Both the position numbers and the translations under genes were made by a program. From Amoebidium appalachense (Eukaryota; Protista; Ichthyosporea), in the NCBI GenBank assembly GCA_963693365.1, contig CAVNZM010000013.1, positions 8,122,940 through 8,186,939 on the forward strand: 64,000 bases of DNA, read 5' to 3'. Of this stretch, positions 41,834-54,470 are shown piece after piece. Under the pieces are notes generated by a model, which was not told the DNA's origin, made no database searches, and saw nothing but the letters and a program-made list of their open reading frames with translations. How positions within the stretch are numbered: the stretch's first letter is position 1; each line of letters opens with the position of its first letter.

Positions 41834-44800
41834 CAGTGTGTGTGTGAAACAAGGGTGGTGGTGGTGGTGGGGGGGGGGGGGGGGGGGGGGGGGGCAGTTT
41901 GGTAACGACCTTTTTTGGTCAGGTGGCAAAAAAGGTTCGACGTTGGGACGGCATGGACCTGCGTAGGGCAACTCTTCAAGGCCTGGAAGAGGAGAAGTTG
42001 ATTGCAGCTGGGCTCCAGCCACAGGTTGAGGATGTGCTTCCCGACCTGACTGAAGAGGAACTGGCAGATGAGGAGGGCTCAGAGGACATTCCCGTTGTTT
42101 TGGAGCCAGAGATACCGGGAGATGCAGCAGCCGTGCTGGAGCAGGCGGATGCCACAGACACCGTCCTAATGTCAGGTATGCGGCCCCCCTCCCCCCCCCC
42201 CCCCCCCCCAAAAAAAAAAAAAACAAAAAACAACATTCCCACCCGAGGGAGTGTTTTTGGGAGTGTTTTTCCTATACATGCCCTCATGTAGCTTAAAACC
42301 CCATCAAGACCCCCCTGCGTGTGGGCCAAGTTACAGGGCTGCAGCCAAAATACCAAAAAAAAACCCCCTACATTTACACCCGTAAATGGTATTTTTTCTA
42401 CATGTGCAACATCAACCACTCAGGGCACCACCAGATAATGAATAAAACGTGTTCCACGTGCAAGTAGCAGTTGAAACTTGGTATAAAGTAGAATATGGGT
42501 GCTAGGAACGTGTGCACCGAGTTTTAGCCGTGCACCACAAACCCCCACTAAGCCCCCCCCACTTTCCCACCAGGCGGGTGCGTTTTTCCCATATGTGCCT
42601 TCATATGGCTAGGTGCACTTTTGTTGCCACCCACGAACCAATGGCCTGGGAGCATCCATGTTTTGGGAATAGCAGCATATAGTTACTAGGGAGGTGTGGG
42701 CCAAGTTACAGGGCTGCAGCCAAAATACCAAAAAAAAACCCCTACATTTACACCCGTAAATGGTATTTTTTCTACATGTGCAACATCAACCACTCAGGGC
42801 ACCACCAGATAATGAATACAACGTGTTCCACGTGCAAGTAGCAGTTGAAACTTGGTTTAAAGTAGAATATGGGTGCTAGGAACGTGTGCACCGAGTTTTA
42901 GCAGTGCACCACAAACCCCCACCAAGCCCCCCCACTTTCCCACCCGGCGGGTGCGTTTTTCCCATATGTGCCTTCATATGGCTAGGTGCACTTTTGTTGC
43001 CACCCACGAACCAATGGCCTGGGAGCATCCATGTTTTGGGAATAGCAGCATATAGGTACTAGGGAGGTGTGGGCCAAGGTCCAGGGCTGCAGCCAAAATA
43101 CCAAAAAAAAACCCCTACATTTACACCCGTTAGTAAATGGTATTTTTTCTACATGTGCAACATCAACCACTCAGAGCACCACCAGATAATGAATAAAACG
43201 TGTTCCACGTGCAAGTAGCAGTTGAAACTTGGTTTAAAGTAGAATATGGGTGCTAGGAACGTGTGCACCGAGTTTTAGCCGTGCACCACAAACCCCCACC
43301 AAGCCCCCCCACTTTCCCCACCCGGCGGGTGAGTTTTTCCCATATGTGCCTTCATATGGCTAGGTGCACTTTTGTTGCCACCCACGAACCAATGGCCTGG
43401 GAGCATCCATGTTTTGGGAATAGCAGCACATAGGTACTAAGCAGGTGTGGGCCAAGTTACAGGGCTGCAGCCAAAATACCAAAAAAACCCCCCCTACATT
43501 TACACCCGTAAATGGTATTTTTTTCTACATGTGCAACATCAACCACTCAGGGCACCACCAGATAATGAATACAACGTGTTCCACGTGCAAGTAGCAGTTG
43601 AAACTTGGTTTAAAGTAGAATATGGGTGCTAGGAACGTGTGCACCGAGTTTTAGCCGTGCACCACAAACCCCCACCAAGCCCCCCCACTTTCCCACCCGG
43701 CGGGTGCGTTTTTCCCATATGTGCCTTCATATGGCTAGGTGCACTTTTGTTGCCACCCACGAACCAATGGCCTGGGAGCATCCATGTTTTGGGAATAGCA
43801 GCATATAGGTACTAGGGAGGTGTGGGCCAAGGTCCAGGGCTGCAGCCAAAATACCAAAAAAAAAACCCCTACATTTACACCCGTTAGTAAATGGTATTTT
43901 TTCTACATGTGCAACATCAACCACTCAGAGCACCACCAGATAATGAATAAAACGTGTTCCACGTGCAAGTAGCAGTTGAAACTTGGTTTAAAGTAGAATA
44001 TGGGTGCTAGGAACGTGTGCACCGAGTTTTAGCCGTGCACCACAAACCCCCACCAAGCCCCCCCACTTTCCCCACCCGGCGGGTGAGTTTTTCCCATATG
44101 TGCCTTCATATGGCTAGGTGCACTTTTGTTGCCACCCACGAACCAATGGCCTGGGAGCATCCATGTTTTGGGAATAGCAGCACATAGGTACTAAGCAGGT
44201 GTGGGCCAAGTTACAGGGCTGCAGCCAAAATACCAAAAAAACCCCCCTACATTTACACCCGTAAATGGTATTTTTTCTACATGTGCAACATCAACCACTC
44301 AGGGCACCACCAGATAATGAATACAACGTGTTCCACGTGCAAGTAGCAGTTGAAACTTGGTTTAAAGTAGAATATGGGTGCTAGGAACGTGTGCACCGAG
44401 TTTTAGCCGTGCACCACAAACCCCCACCAAGCCCCCCCACTTTCCCACCAGGCGGGTGCGTTTTTCCCATATGTGCCTTCATATGGCTAGGTGCACTTTT
44501 GTTGCCACCCACGAACCAATGGCCTGGGAGCATCCATGTTTTGGGAATAGCAGCATATAGGTACTAGGGAGGTGTGGGCCAAGGTCCAGGGCTACAGCCC
44601 TAAAGCCCCCTAAACCCCGCCCATATGGTTACATACATCGTTTTATTCTCATTTTTTAAATGTAGCAAAGCTGACATTACGATGTCAGTTTTGGTTGTGT
44701 AATTGTGGGTGTGTGTATGTATTATGTGTGTTTGTGTGTGTGTGGTGTAGGGGGGGAGAAGGGGAAGGGGGACGTCGTGGCAAATTCCTAAGGTCTAGGG

Positions 44801-45550
44801 GGACACCAGCACCATATATGGTAAACGTAGCGAGTAATTGGTTTTTGAGGTTGTGTCTACCCTGCAGGTATAAAGATCAAGAGCCACCCGGGCCTCGATA
44901 AGACCGGTCTGCTGTGGTCTACCCTGGACAAGTTCTTTGTTCCCCCTGGCCAGGAGTTTGTGCCAAGCCCCTTCCTGGGCTCGGACCGCAGCAAGTGCCT
45001 CAAGTATCTGCCATTACAGACGCAGCTGCACCTGGCTTCCGTGTCCGAAGCACAGGCCCGCAACGTTGACCGTCATACACTGCCTGTTCCACTGGGCTGC
45101 AAGGTGAAGGTGTACAACAGCTGCTACATCAGGCTGGGAGTGCCGGATGAGAGGGTGTGGCATAGAGTGGTGGCGTGTGACCAGTTCTACGGGCGGCGTG
45201 ACCGGTACGACGACATCGTGATCCAGGGTCAGGACGGAGTTTGGTACGCACGGACGGTGCTCCTATTTACGTGCGAGACGGAGGAATGCGCTGAGGATGG
45301 CCAACCGGGGGCGTCGGAAAAGGTCTTGCACCAGCTTGCCTTTGTACGGTACTACACCGAGGTGGAGGTGGATCCCCTCACAGGGTGCAAGAAACTCCAA
45401 GTGGAAATGACAGGGACGGGTGCCCGGAGGAGGCCCAGATACGACGTCATCGACGTGGAATCCATACTGGGGACTTTCCACTGTATCCCCATGTATGCAC
45501 AAGACGGGGTGCAGAAGAAGTTCCTGGTTAACCGGTTCGTGAATATGTAG
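37830..45550 (+). CDS. Plavaka-type transposase, multi-exon, with N-terminal C2H2 finger and C-terminal BAH-like region
   Basis: Exons at about 37830-38390, 38691-38848, 39137-39494, 39821-40068, 40347-40850, 41010-41164, 41439-41643, 41923-42175 and 44869-45550. Motifs CPLC..HLVHRH, IYSDQTQL..KAYPVYVSLGNI, ITDWPEG, ERMHQADSGVYK, IPRFHGLRHF and SKFHFGGHY..WERAHK..PYRSTNK. Possible small frameshifts near 39170 and 39950. Confidence 0.88.
42321..44600. repeat. Tandem satellite, about 375-bp unit x6 plus a partial unit, inside the last transposase intron
   Basis: GTGGGCCAAG unit starts at 42321, 42696, 43069, 43447, 43822, 44201 and 44573. Units are highly similar. Confidence 0.95.
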
Positions 45551-45768
45551 AGGTAGCAATGGGTGAGGCTATGGGGTTTACGCTGTTTACTCGAGGCAAA
45601 GAGAACCAGTCTCAGGTATGGGGGGGGGGGGTTTGCTCGGAATATCCCCTCAGCGGTATATCATGATCACGTACATAGATGTCGGGTGGTGACTATATAT
45701 CAGGGTTTACTTTCTCTACGAGACACCATAAAGACTACAAGGAGAAATCAATTAGTTGGGGTTCCCCT

Positions 45769-45860
<92 letters not shown>

Positions 45861-45949
45861 TATTTTTTTATTTTATTTTTATTTTTTTATTTTTTTTTTT
45901 TATTTTTTTTTTTTAAGGGGCTCCCCTCGGGACACTCGGTATCAGCTGG

Positions 45950-46004
<55 letters not shown>

Positions 46005-46025
46005 GTGTGTGTGTGTGCGCGTGCG

Positions 46026-49000
46026 CTATAATTTTGTAGTGATGTGTTTCTCAAGCCAATCAATACATCTAATAAACAGGTCGTAGTTACGCGTGTTTAG
46101 TATAAAATCAAGGATGTTGTAATTTACAGGTAGGCTATCTTTCTGGGTGTCTGTTGTGAATGTGACGTGTGTGTGTTGCGGTATTATGTGGTCTATCAAA
46201 CTACATTTGGCGATACATGACCGGTTAAACTGGTGTGTGTGTGTGTTGTTTGGGCATGCAAATGATGCCACCTTATACTTATTAGATCTCCACTGTATAG
46301 CACGTGTACAGTAAAAGCGTGGTAATTGATCAATAATACCATCAGCTAGAGAAAGACCAGTTCTACAGGAAGGTAATATGTATTTAGGTGTTATACACTT
46401 GCGAGTGCCATATTTGGCAATATGGTTGAGGCGGTCAGTATATATAAAACGAGACATAAGGCTTAGTTTTTCAAGGTGTATGCTTTCATCGGGTCTAGTG
46501 TCGTGTGGTATCTTTTTCCATTTGTTATATTGCGTGATTATCTTGTGATTGTGTACATGTTTAATAAGTAAGTGGCAGTCCAAAGTCACACACACACTAT
46601 TGCGGGGTTTATTTGTATTTGTGCCCAGGGGAGAAGGGGAGAGAGAGGGGAGGAAAGAGGGGAGAGGTGAGGAGGGGACAGGTCGGATAGAGAAGAGAGG
46701 GTGGGAGGGCAAATACTTCTTTAAGCGGCTTATGTGCTTATTGAATTTCAGCGCGAGATAGGATACTCTAGCAGCTATTGGGACCAGACCATATATCGAG
46801 AGCGTTACAGGCCCAGGTTTACAACAGTTGTTAGATAGAAAGGAGGCAACTTCTGCTTCAAGGAAATTTGCCAAGGGTTTAAGCGCTCTAGTTCTCTCTT
46901 TCTTGATCCAAGCGGCGAGAAGGGGTAAACCATATTCACATGCCGGGAAGACAAAAGTGCGAATAAATGTAAGTCTAATAGAAGGATGGAGGGGTGTGTC
47001 TTTAAAAATATTAGCCGAGAAGAAAGCTAACCGCTTACGAGCCAACTCTACCCTCTTTTCGACCATATGGGGAAACATAACACCAACAGAATCAACCGGA
47101 ACACCAAGATATTTGTATTCTGGAACTATAGGTACAGGTTTAGATGATAATGTAAATGTGTGTAAATTGTTAGCTATATCAGGTACAAGAACACCACATT
47201 TGTCTATGTTAAGGATCATAAGGTTTGCCTTGCACCACTCTGACACTACATCGAACAATCTTTGCAGGCGTCTAGGGGTACGGGCAAGGAGGGACAGATC
47301 ATCAGCATAGAGAAGTGCAGGCGGAAAGTTATTAATAGGGTCATCGTTTTCGGCGTAAATCTTGACAGCCAAATCATCTATAAATAGGTTAAACAAAAAG
47401 GGGCTAAGCAATGAACCCTGCAAGAGACCTCTAGTACGAGCAAAACCATATGAAAGATGCCCATTAACCACAGCTCTACCATAGGTTTGAGACAAGAGTG
47501 CTTCTAACAGAACACCAATGCAGTGTGGTACACCCCGTGCAGCAAGCTTTTCCCATAGGAGACCAGGGGAGACAGAATCGTAAGCAGTTTTCCAATCAAT
47601 AAAGCCAACATATTGTGCACCAACTTGCATAGAATCGTGCAGTGCCATTATTTGAACATAACATGAATTGTTTTTACGAAAAGCGGATTGGCATGGGTGT
47701 ATGTGAAGAATAGATTGAAACCTAGGGTGATGTGCAAATAACCTAAGTAAGCAAGCTTCAAAGAATCTACGAACAACCTGGGTTAGTGTAATGGGGCGAA
47801 AGGATGATATGGGGCCCTCAGAGTCCTTCTTAACTATGGGGATCACTAAGGTATCTAACCAAGATGACGGGACATGTCCACATTTAACACACCAAGAAAA
47901 GAGAGAGCTTAACATGATAGTAAGATCAGGTTTAATAGCACGATCACTTTCCTTTTGTGGGTAGGAGGGAACAAGGATTTTAAGATACCCAGCAGGGAGT
48001 CCATCAGGTCCACAAGACTTACTAGAGCTATAACTAGATATCACAGACCATATGGCATCGGGACTGAAAAAGGGGAGGATCGATTCTATGGGGATAGATG
48101 GGTCTACAGGCCACACAATAGGTTTCTGAGCGGGGGTCCTATCTTTAAACAGTTCCGAGAAATACTTATCAGAGTCTATGAGGGGGTCTCCAGTGGTATC
48201 ACCAATAATACGAGCAGGGGGTCCAAATCGATTCATACTAGCAAGCCGGCGCAAGCTTTCCTTTTGAGACAGGGGTTCACCTAGTCTAGCGGGAGTGGTG
48301 TTTGGTAACAAGAGAGCATCGGGATATTCCTTCCTACCACCGCCAGCATAATCACCGAGATCTATCAAATCATCAACAATAAAGTTAGTGCATGTATCTA
48401 GTACGAGATGTGAATCTGGCCTGGCTTGTGCAGATTCTAATAGGCGCATATATATAGGGTGTTTCGTAGCATAGCATACACATACATCAACTCTACCCCA
48501 CTGTGACTTAAGCTGGGATAGACGGAGGCGAAAGGTGGGAGGGGGAGGGGGGAGCAGATCAAGGGAGATCTTAGGTAGGAAAAGGATAGGAGAGTGGTCA
48601 GATGACCTAGAGAGGTTAGGAGGGAGAGAGAGTTTTGACATGGTTGATGGCCAAAAGGCCACTCCCCAGTCGGTGTTGTGGGCATGGGATATTTGAGGGA
48701 ACCGCAAAGTGTGACTTTGGACATACCTTGCTAAAGGGATAGCACGCTCCGGGGGCTTAGATGGGTACCCGACACTCACTTGCAGTGTGTCTGTGTGGTG
48801 GAGTCGCGTGTTAAAATCACCTAAAATAACAGTGGACATTGGTAACTGTGACAACTCGTGAGTCAATTCGACAACCGACATAGATGGTGGGTAATATACA
48901 AAAGTAAAAACATTAGAAAGAAACTCTATAGAAACCGAGAATTCCGTTTTTGCTACCGGTTTGCACTTCACTCTCACGTGTGGTGCGGCAAGTACAATAA

Positions 49001-49219
49001 TGCCTCGGTTTTTCGCGTAACCGGGGTGTGTGGATGTGTCGACCAATGTAGAGTTGAATTTGTGGTGGTTTTTAAACTGTGTTTCGCAAATCACTGTAAA
49101 CGTGTGGTTGTTTGTCTGTTGTTGTATGTAGCTGATTTTATCGTCGAGTGTCCCGGGGGGAGGCCCTTTTGGGGGCCCAGTGTCCGAGCATTCCAGAAGA
49201 AGAAGGATAAATTAGGCAT
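46026..49219 (-). CDS. LINE ORF2: AP endonuclease plus reverse transcriptase
   Basis: MPNLSFFFWNAR start at 49219 overlaps the ORF1 stop, with a 1-nt frameshift in the C-run near 49155. Motifs ICET, ILGDFN, SDHSPI, GPDG, FRPITL, QGSLLSP, LYADD and YKYLGV. Confidence 0.92.
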
Positions 49220-50396
49220 CGGTTTGGTCCGACACCTGTGGGGTTGGTTCCCACTTGTCGCTTACGGGGTCGTATGCACGACCTTCCGCCAGCGCGAACA
49301 GTTCGCAGAAGAGCTCGATTTCCATCTCGCATCGGCGTTTGCGCTCGAGCAGTTTCTCACCAGAAAACATTGGTTCCTTCGTGTCCGTGTCTATCACGCT
49401 CGTAGCATCGTTTTCCAACTTTGCGAGGAACTCTTTTGCCTTGCTGATGCGTACACGACAACGTGTGGCGCACGCATTCTTAGCAGACACTTTACGTTCT
49501 TTGTCTGCTTTCTGAATGTTTTCCGGCGCGCATGGGTCGTAGCTTGGGAGGTGGGTGAAGAAGCTTCCACACCCCTTTGTCGCGTCACGGATGAACGCAC
49601 GGTTATAGTCGCCCCGTACTGCTACTTCCAGCACATCGTATCCAAAGAAGGACAGACAAAGGATGCGAGAGCACCGGAAGCCGAGAGCCTTGAAGATGGA
49701 CCACATGGCCCTGTGTGGGCGTCTGCCGTGCTTGACTTTGAAATACACCCTCTCGTATTTGGGTGGGATGTTGATGTTACCGTTTGCTTGGGTGTTCCCC
49801 TTAGCCGGCGGTTTGGGAGGGGAGTTGCGGCGGTACTCGTTGCCTGCAAGAATGCTGGCATATGTTTCCTTGGCAATTTGGCGGAGCTCGGGTGTTTTAC
49901 GAGAGTTCGCATATTCTAGGAACTCTGCCGGGAGCTGTGCTTCCGGTCCTGTGTTGTTTTGTGTTGGGGTGGAAATGTCTCCGTCGCGAGATGTTTGCTC
50001 ATGAGTTTTGGGGTTTTGCGATCCACTAATGTTTAGCTGGGCTGTGAGTGAATCAATGGTGAGCTTGAGTTGGGTATTTTCTGTTTGGAGTTTTTCTATC
50101 ATGTTCTTGAGTGGTAACAGCTCATTTAGCTGTTTCTTAACGAGGGCAAGTTCTGCCAGTACTGTATCAACCGAAAGTTTCGGCATGGTTGTTATTGTGT
50201 TTCTACGGAGTGGTGTGGTGTTATTCTGAATGGGTAGTGTATTGTAAATAGGTGTTGCGCTTAGTCTAAGGCGATGTTTTTCTGGTTGTGCATCTGTGGT
50301 AGGTGTATCTGCTGGACGTTTTAATGGTCGCACATGTGTGATGGGTGTAGATGGAACTTTGAAAGAGGTTCTGAAACGATTATAGGCATGTGCCAT
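49212..50396 (-). CDS. LINE ORF1 protein (coiled-coil, basic), 394 aa
   Basis: Intact ORF directly upstream of ORF2 with a heptad-like stretch (LAELALVKKQLNEL..IEKLQTENTQLKLTIDSLTAQL). Confidence 0.8.
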   Translation of the reverse strand: MAHAYNRFRTSFKVPSTPITHVRPLKRPADTPTTDAQPEKHRLRLSATPIYNTLPIQNNTTPLRRNTITTMPKLSVDTVLAELALVKKQLNELLPLKNMIEKLQTENTQLKLTIDSLTAQLNISGSQNPKTHEQTSRDGDISTPTQNNTGPEAQLPAEFLEYANSRKTPELRQIAKETYASILAGNEYRRNSPPKPPAKGNTQANGNINIPPKYERVYFKVKHGRRPHRAMWSIFKALGFRCSRILCLSFFGYDVLEVAVRGDYNRAFIRDATKGCGSFFTHLPSYDPCAPENIQKADKERKVSAKNACATRCRVRISKAKEFLAKLENDATSVIDTDTKEPMFSGEKLLERKRRCEMEIELFCELFALAEGRAYDPVSDKWEPTPQVSDQTDA

Positions 50397-51539
50397 GACA
50401 TGGATGGGGGTGTTCCCCGGCCCTTAGGGCCACGGATGGCCTGGTTTAGGGGTGGATGCGCGAAGGATACTATTTATTAGCAGATAATAAAGAGCGACAT
50501 TTGAATCGATGTGTGCGACTGAGGCTATGCAAATTGTCGTACCCTTAAAAGATGCCTTTATGGGGACTTGTAGACTACATTTTCCTTTTTTCCCATCTCG
50601 ATCACCCCCACATCCGAACCTTTCGGATATCTTTATGAGATCTGTTTGACAATATGTTGATGTCTGAATCGAGTGCATAATTTTTGTTTTCGGCTTGGAT
50701 TCACTTAATAATGCCAATCGTTGCCGCATCTATATGTATCTGTGGACCCTGTAGTGGCCACATCAGCTAACAAATAACGGAAAGGGTTGTGGCCATTAGT
50801 ATATCTAGTAACAATGCTGACAGTTACCGTAAGCCTGCCCGCCCACATGGGCCCGTATGGACAACTAAATGACGACTTAGTGGCGGGTTTATGATGTCTC
50901 GGACGATGGAATTTGTGCACGCGCACGTGCACCAAGTCTGTGACACAAGGGTGTTGCTCCTCTGCCATATCTGATACGACTTCTTTCATGAATCATTCAT
51001 TTATGCAACAATATTATTATCTGTTATAAATTATATCAAAATATATCTTTACAACCAAGGTTGTTGGTAATTATCTACACTAGCCATATGGGTGGAATGG
51101 CTGGCTCCCTTCATTTGCACGCCTCTGTCTGGCAACCTTTAAATGAATAATATAGGCGTGTTTTATCAAAGTATTACTTTTATAAATCTTATAATTTTCA
51201 GCTGTTAATTCCTGAGCCAGTTCTACCACATTAAAGCGTGATCAAAATCAATTTTGCGGTCTCCCGGCAAGGATGGTGGTCTGCTTTGCACGCCTCCAGA
51301 AAAATTATGTGATCCAATCACATGACGCGAAATCCTATCTCTCAAATCCGTGAATATTCATTGGCTTTCATTCCACGCCGCGCACCGCCCGGAGCGGCGC
51401 GCGGCGCGCGGAGTCGATCACACTGTGGAAACAATATCATCAGTCAGTCAGTCAGTAGGTTTGCATATGCTCACGGCCACACATGCACAGTAGCTTTTTG
51501 CTGCCTGGCATACTGCTATCCACCAATGATTGAACAAAA

Positions 51540-52703
51540 ATGGCGGCCCGAAACGTTGCTGTAAATGCACCCGCACATGCTGTTACACAGGGCTCACCAT
51601 TTACCTCAGAAATGGTGACTGCATACGTTAACTTTTACGTTGAACACCATGGTGAATACGTGGCATGTGACGAGGGTTCTAGGCACCCCGCGGGCTTCTG
51701 CGCCCTGTGTAATAAACAGGGCATCCGTGTTCTCTCTCAACACCTTATTGACGCCCACCGAGATACAATTCGCCATTACACTGGCTACGAAATAGGCATG
51801 CTGCTGCAGACCCATCGCGTTCCTAAGGCTGAGCATGCACTAGTGTGGGCCGTGAGCGATGATTCAGAATATGAACGCGCTACATGGATTGCTTACCGCA
51901 AGCGAAAAAACCAGACTGCATACCGCAAAACCGACAAGGGGAGGCGTACAAACCGCAGTCTACAACTGCTGAAACGGCAAGTGCTCAACGCCTGGGCCTT
52001 CCACACTGGCGCCATGGACGGTATTGGCGGGAACATAACACAGCGTATGGCCGTCGATACATACCGAATGGTCAGGGATGCTCATTTGGCAGCACAGACA
52101 GACATCTCCGCTTCGTTGAACGATGCCCAACAACGATTTATCACTGCATTCGCCGACCATATGGTTAGGCTCGCAAATATTGCCGTCCTTAACCGCGACA
52201 CGTCGGCGGCTGTACGACAACTCATGGTGCCAGGGGCCTGTAATTTTACATGGGAGGAAGATAAAGTTGTGGAGATATCCTTTATTGAAGTGCGTGGTTG
52301 GCACCTTCTCCACTTCGCTACAGGCCAAAAGTACTACACGCGGATAAAAATGGAAACTGTGCTGCCCAACATTAACGCCGAGATTGACTGGTCGCACCCG
52401 GACACAAAAGCCGAGGTAAACAGGGTGTTTCAAAAAAACCTGAAAGACAGGGAGCAACAGTTGTGGACGGCAATCTACCAATATATCACAGTCAGAGCCG
52501 CCAGTGGGAATTTCCGTTATAGCGACCCAATAGACATGGGAGAATACCTCCCTGGGCTAGTTGCAGAGATGGGCGCTTCAATGGACGACATAGAGCTTCC
52601 CTCATACCTTGCCGTGTGTGGCTTCGATGAGGAAGCACAAGAGTTGTTTCTCGGACAGGCTGGGCCAGACCCAGACGAGGAGATGGGCGAAGACGCAGAG
52701 TAA
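51540..52703 (+). CDS. Hypothetical 387-aa cargo protein with a C2H2-like finger and basic helix
   Basis: Intronless intact ORF with FCALCNKQGIRVLSQHLIDAH, YRKRKNQTAYRKTDKGRRTNR and an acidic tail. Lies inside the TIRs. Confidence 0.75.
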   Translation: MAARNVAVNAPAHAVTQGSPFTSEMVTAYVNFYVEHHGEYVACDEGSRHPAGFCALCNKQGIRVLSQHLIDAHRDTIRHYTGYEIGMLLQTHRVPKAEHALVWAVSDDSEYERATWIAYRKRKNQTAYRKTDKGRRTNRSLQLLKRQVLNAWAFHTGAMDGIGGNITQRMAVDTYRMVRDAHLAAQTDISASLNDAQQRFITAFADHMVRLANIAVLNRDTSAAVRQLMVPGACNFTWEEDKVVEISFIEVRGWHLLHFATGQKYYTRIKMETVLPNINAEIDWSHPDTKAEVNRVFQKNLKDREQQLWTAIYQYITVRAASGNFRYSDPIDMGEYLPGLVAEMGASMDDIELPSYLAVCGFDEEAQELFLGQAGPDPDEEMGEDAE

Positions 52704-52819
52704 ATTTTCTGTTTGTTGATGAGTGGGGGTGTAGGGGGTTTGGTTTTCACGTGTGTCAGTAGCCTGTAACATATAGGCGCTGTGCCGATGTCAGAATTTT
52801 AAGTGGACTGCAACCCAAC

Positions 52820-54470
52820 CTTTTAGGTATATATTGACATCCAAATAGTATAGGTTTACTACGAAAAAGATATCAGAACGTATCGTTATAGCATCTTTAC
52901 ATTCTCCTGCTGATATCATTATATACATGTTGACATCCAAATGGTATAAGTTTATGGCTAAAAAGATATCAGAACTTATCAAAATAGCATCTTTACATTC
53001 ACCTGATGTCCATCTTGCGATGCTTAAAAGTGCACGGAATCGATCTAGCCTGGGTCCAAAAGATGCCTCGAACCCATCCCAGGAATCTCATGATGACCAT
53101 CCAAAACACATCAAAGGGACAATTGCAAGACACCATAATGTGCATATATAGATTCATCTTCAGACAACTAACGGCTCCTGAAAAGTGCATACAAGGACCA
53201 CTTAAAGACCCTAGAGAGATGCTGTGGACTCCATTCTAGTATGAGAATTGCATCCAGCAACATTATAGCATCTATATATGCCTATCATGTGCACCGGGTA
53301 ATCCACAAACCATCTATGACGTCGTGGATGTGGACCATCGCAAAGATCACATAGAGACCCTAACTAGATATCATAAAGTGCACATGCTGTGCCTAGAACA
53401 GGGATAAATCAGGAATGATGATATAATATGCACCAGAAATACACTTAGACATCTGAGGGTACCTAGGGGGTACATATGGATGGGTAAAGGATAGGATATT
53501 CAGAGATCTGTAATACCACATCATCAACACCATAGGTCCACATGTAGATGCCTTCAAGTGCACGGAATCGATCGAGCCAGGGTCAAAAAGATGTCACAAA
53601 CCCATCCCAGAAACCTCATGATGACCATCCGAAAGGCATCTAAAAGACCACGTAAAGGCCATATAAGATGCAAATATGGTTTTCCCTCATGACAACTAAA
53701 TGTTCCTAAAAGGTTCATTAACAGACCACTTAAAGACGTCAAAAAGATGCTGTATACCAGGAATAGCGTCCAGCAACATTAAAGCAACCATATATGCCTA
53801 TCATGTGCACCACCCAATCCACATACCATCTATGACGTCGTGGATGAGGTCCATCTACAAAAGCACATAAAGACACTTTGTCGATCATTAAAAGTGCATA
53901 TGTTGTGCATATAACAGCGAAAAAACAATATGGATCGTATAAAATGCACTAAAACTAGTCTTGGACATCATAGGGGACTTAGGGGGTAGAAATGGATGGG
54001 AAGAAAATATGATCATATAAAGTGGTCCATATAATGTCTATGTGCACCGGAAATAAACTAGAAGTACACTTGGACGTCCTGGAGTACGTAGGGTGTACTT
54101 TGGGATGGGTACAAGAAAAGAGCATTTAATGTGGTCTTTAGATGGTCCATCTCACCACCCAAACCCCACCAAAATGTGTTTGGAAAATTTTGAACATCGG
54201 GGCATTTAATATGCATTTAGGATGGGTTGTAGATCAGTTCATGACACCATAGTAGATGCCTTGCGGTGCTGTTCTGGATGATGGATGATATCAAGTCCCC
54301 TTTATCCCCTCCTGGACATCATAGATGAGTTATGGATAGTGGCCATCCAAATTGTTTACGACCCCCACATCCCATCTAGATGTCATCATGTAGGTAGGTT
54401 GTGGTGGATGTGTGGGGTGGATATGGTGGGAGGACCCCCAAAAGGTGTCCTGGATGGGATCCGGATCGCC
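52820..54470. repeat. Degenerate subterminal direct repeats of the giant transposon
   Basis: Duplication with about 100-bp period near 52830 and 52930, and one with about 530-bp period (AAGTGCACGGAATCGATC at about 53028 and 53556). Similar GACATC/GATGTC-rich sequence at the left end, 29430-29900. Confidence 0.7.

Larger units (their letters stand above)
45768..50411 (-). mobile_element. Full-length two-ORF non-LTR retrotransposon (LINE, APE-RT type) nested in the Plavaka element
   Basis: ORF1 and ORF2, a (CA)n 3' UTR and a poly(A) tail of about 145 nt (poly-T at 45770-45914). Candidate TSD GTTCCCC at 45761-45767 and 50412-50418, so the boundaries are tentative. Confidence 0.88.

Noticed and set aside
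48858-49919. 353-aa plus-strand ORF
   Set aside because: Antisense shadow of LINE ORF1/ORF2.
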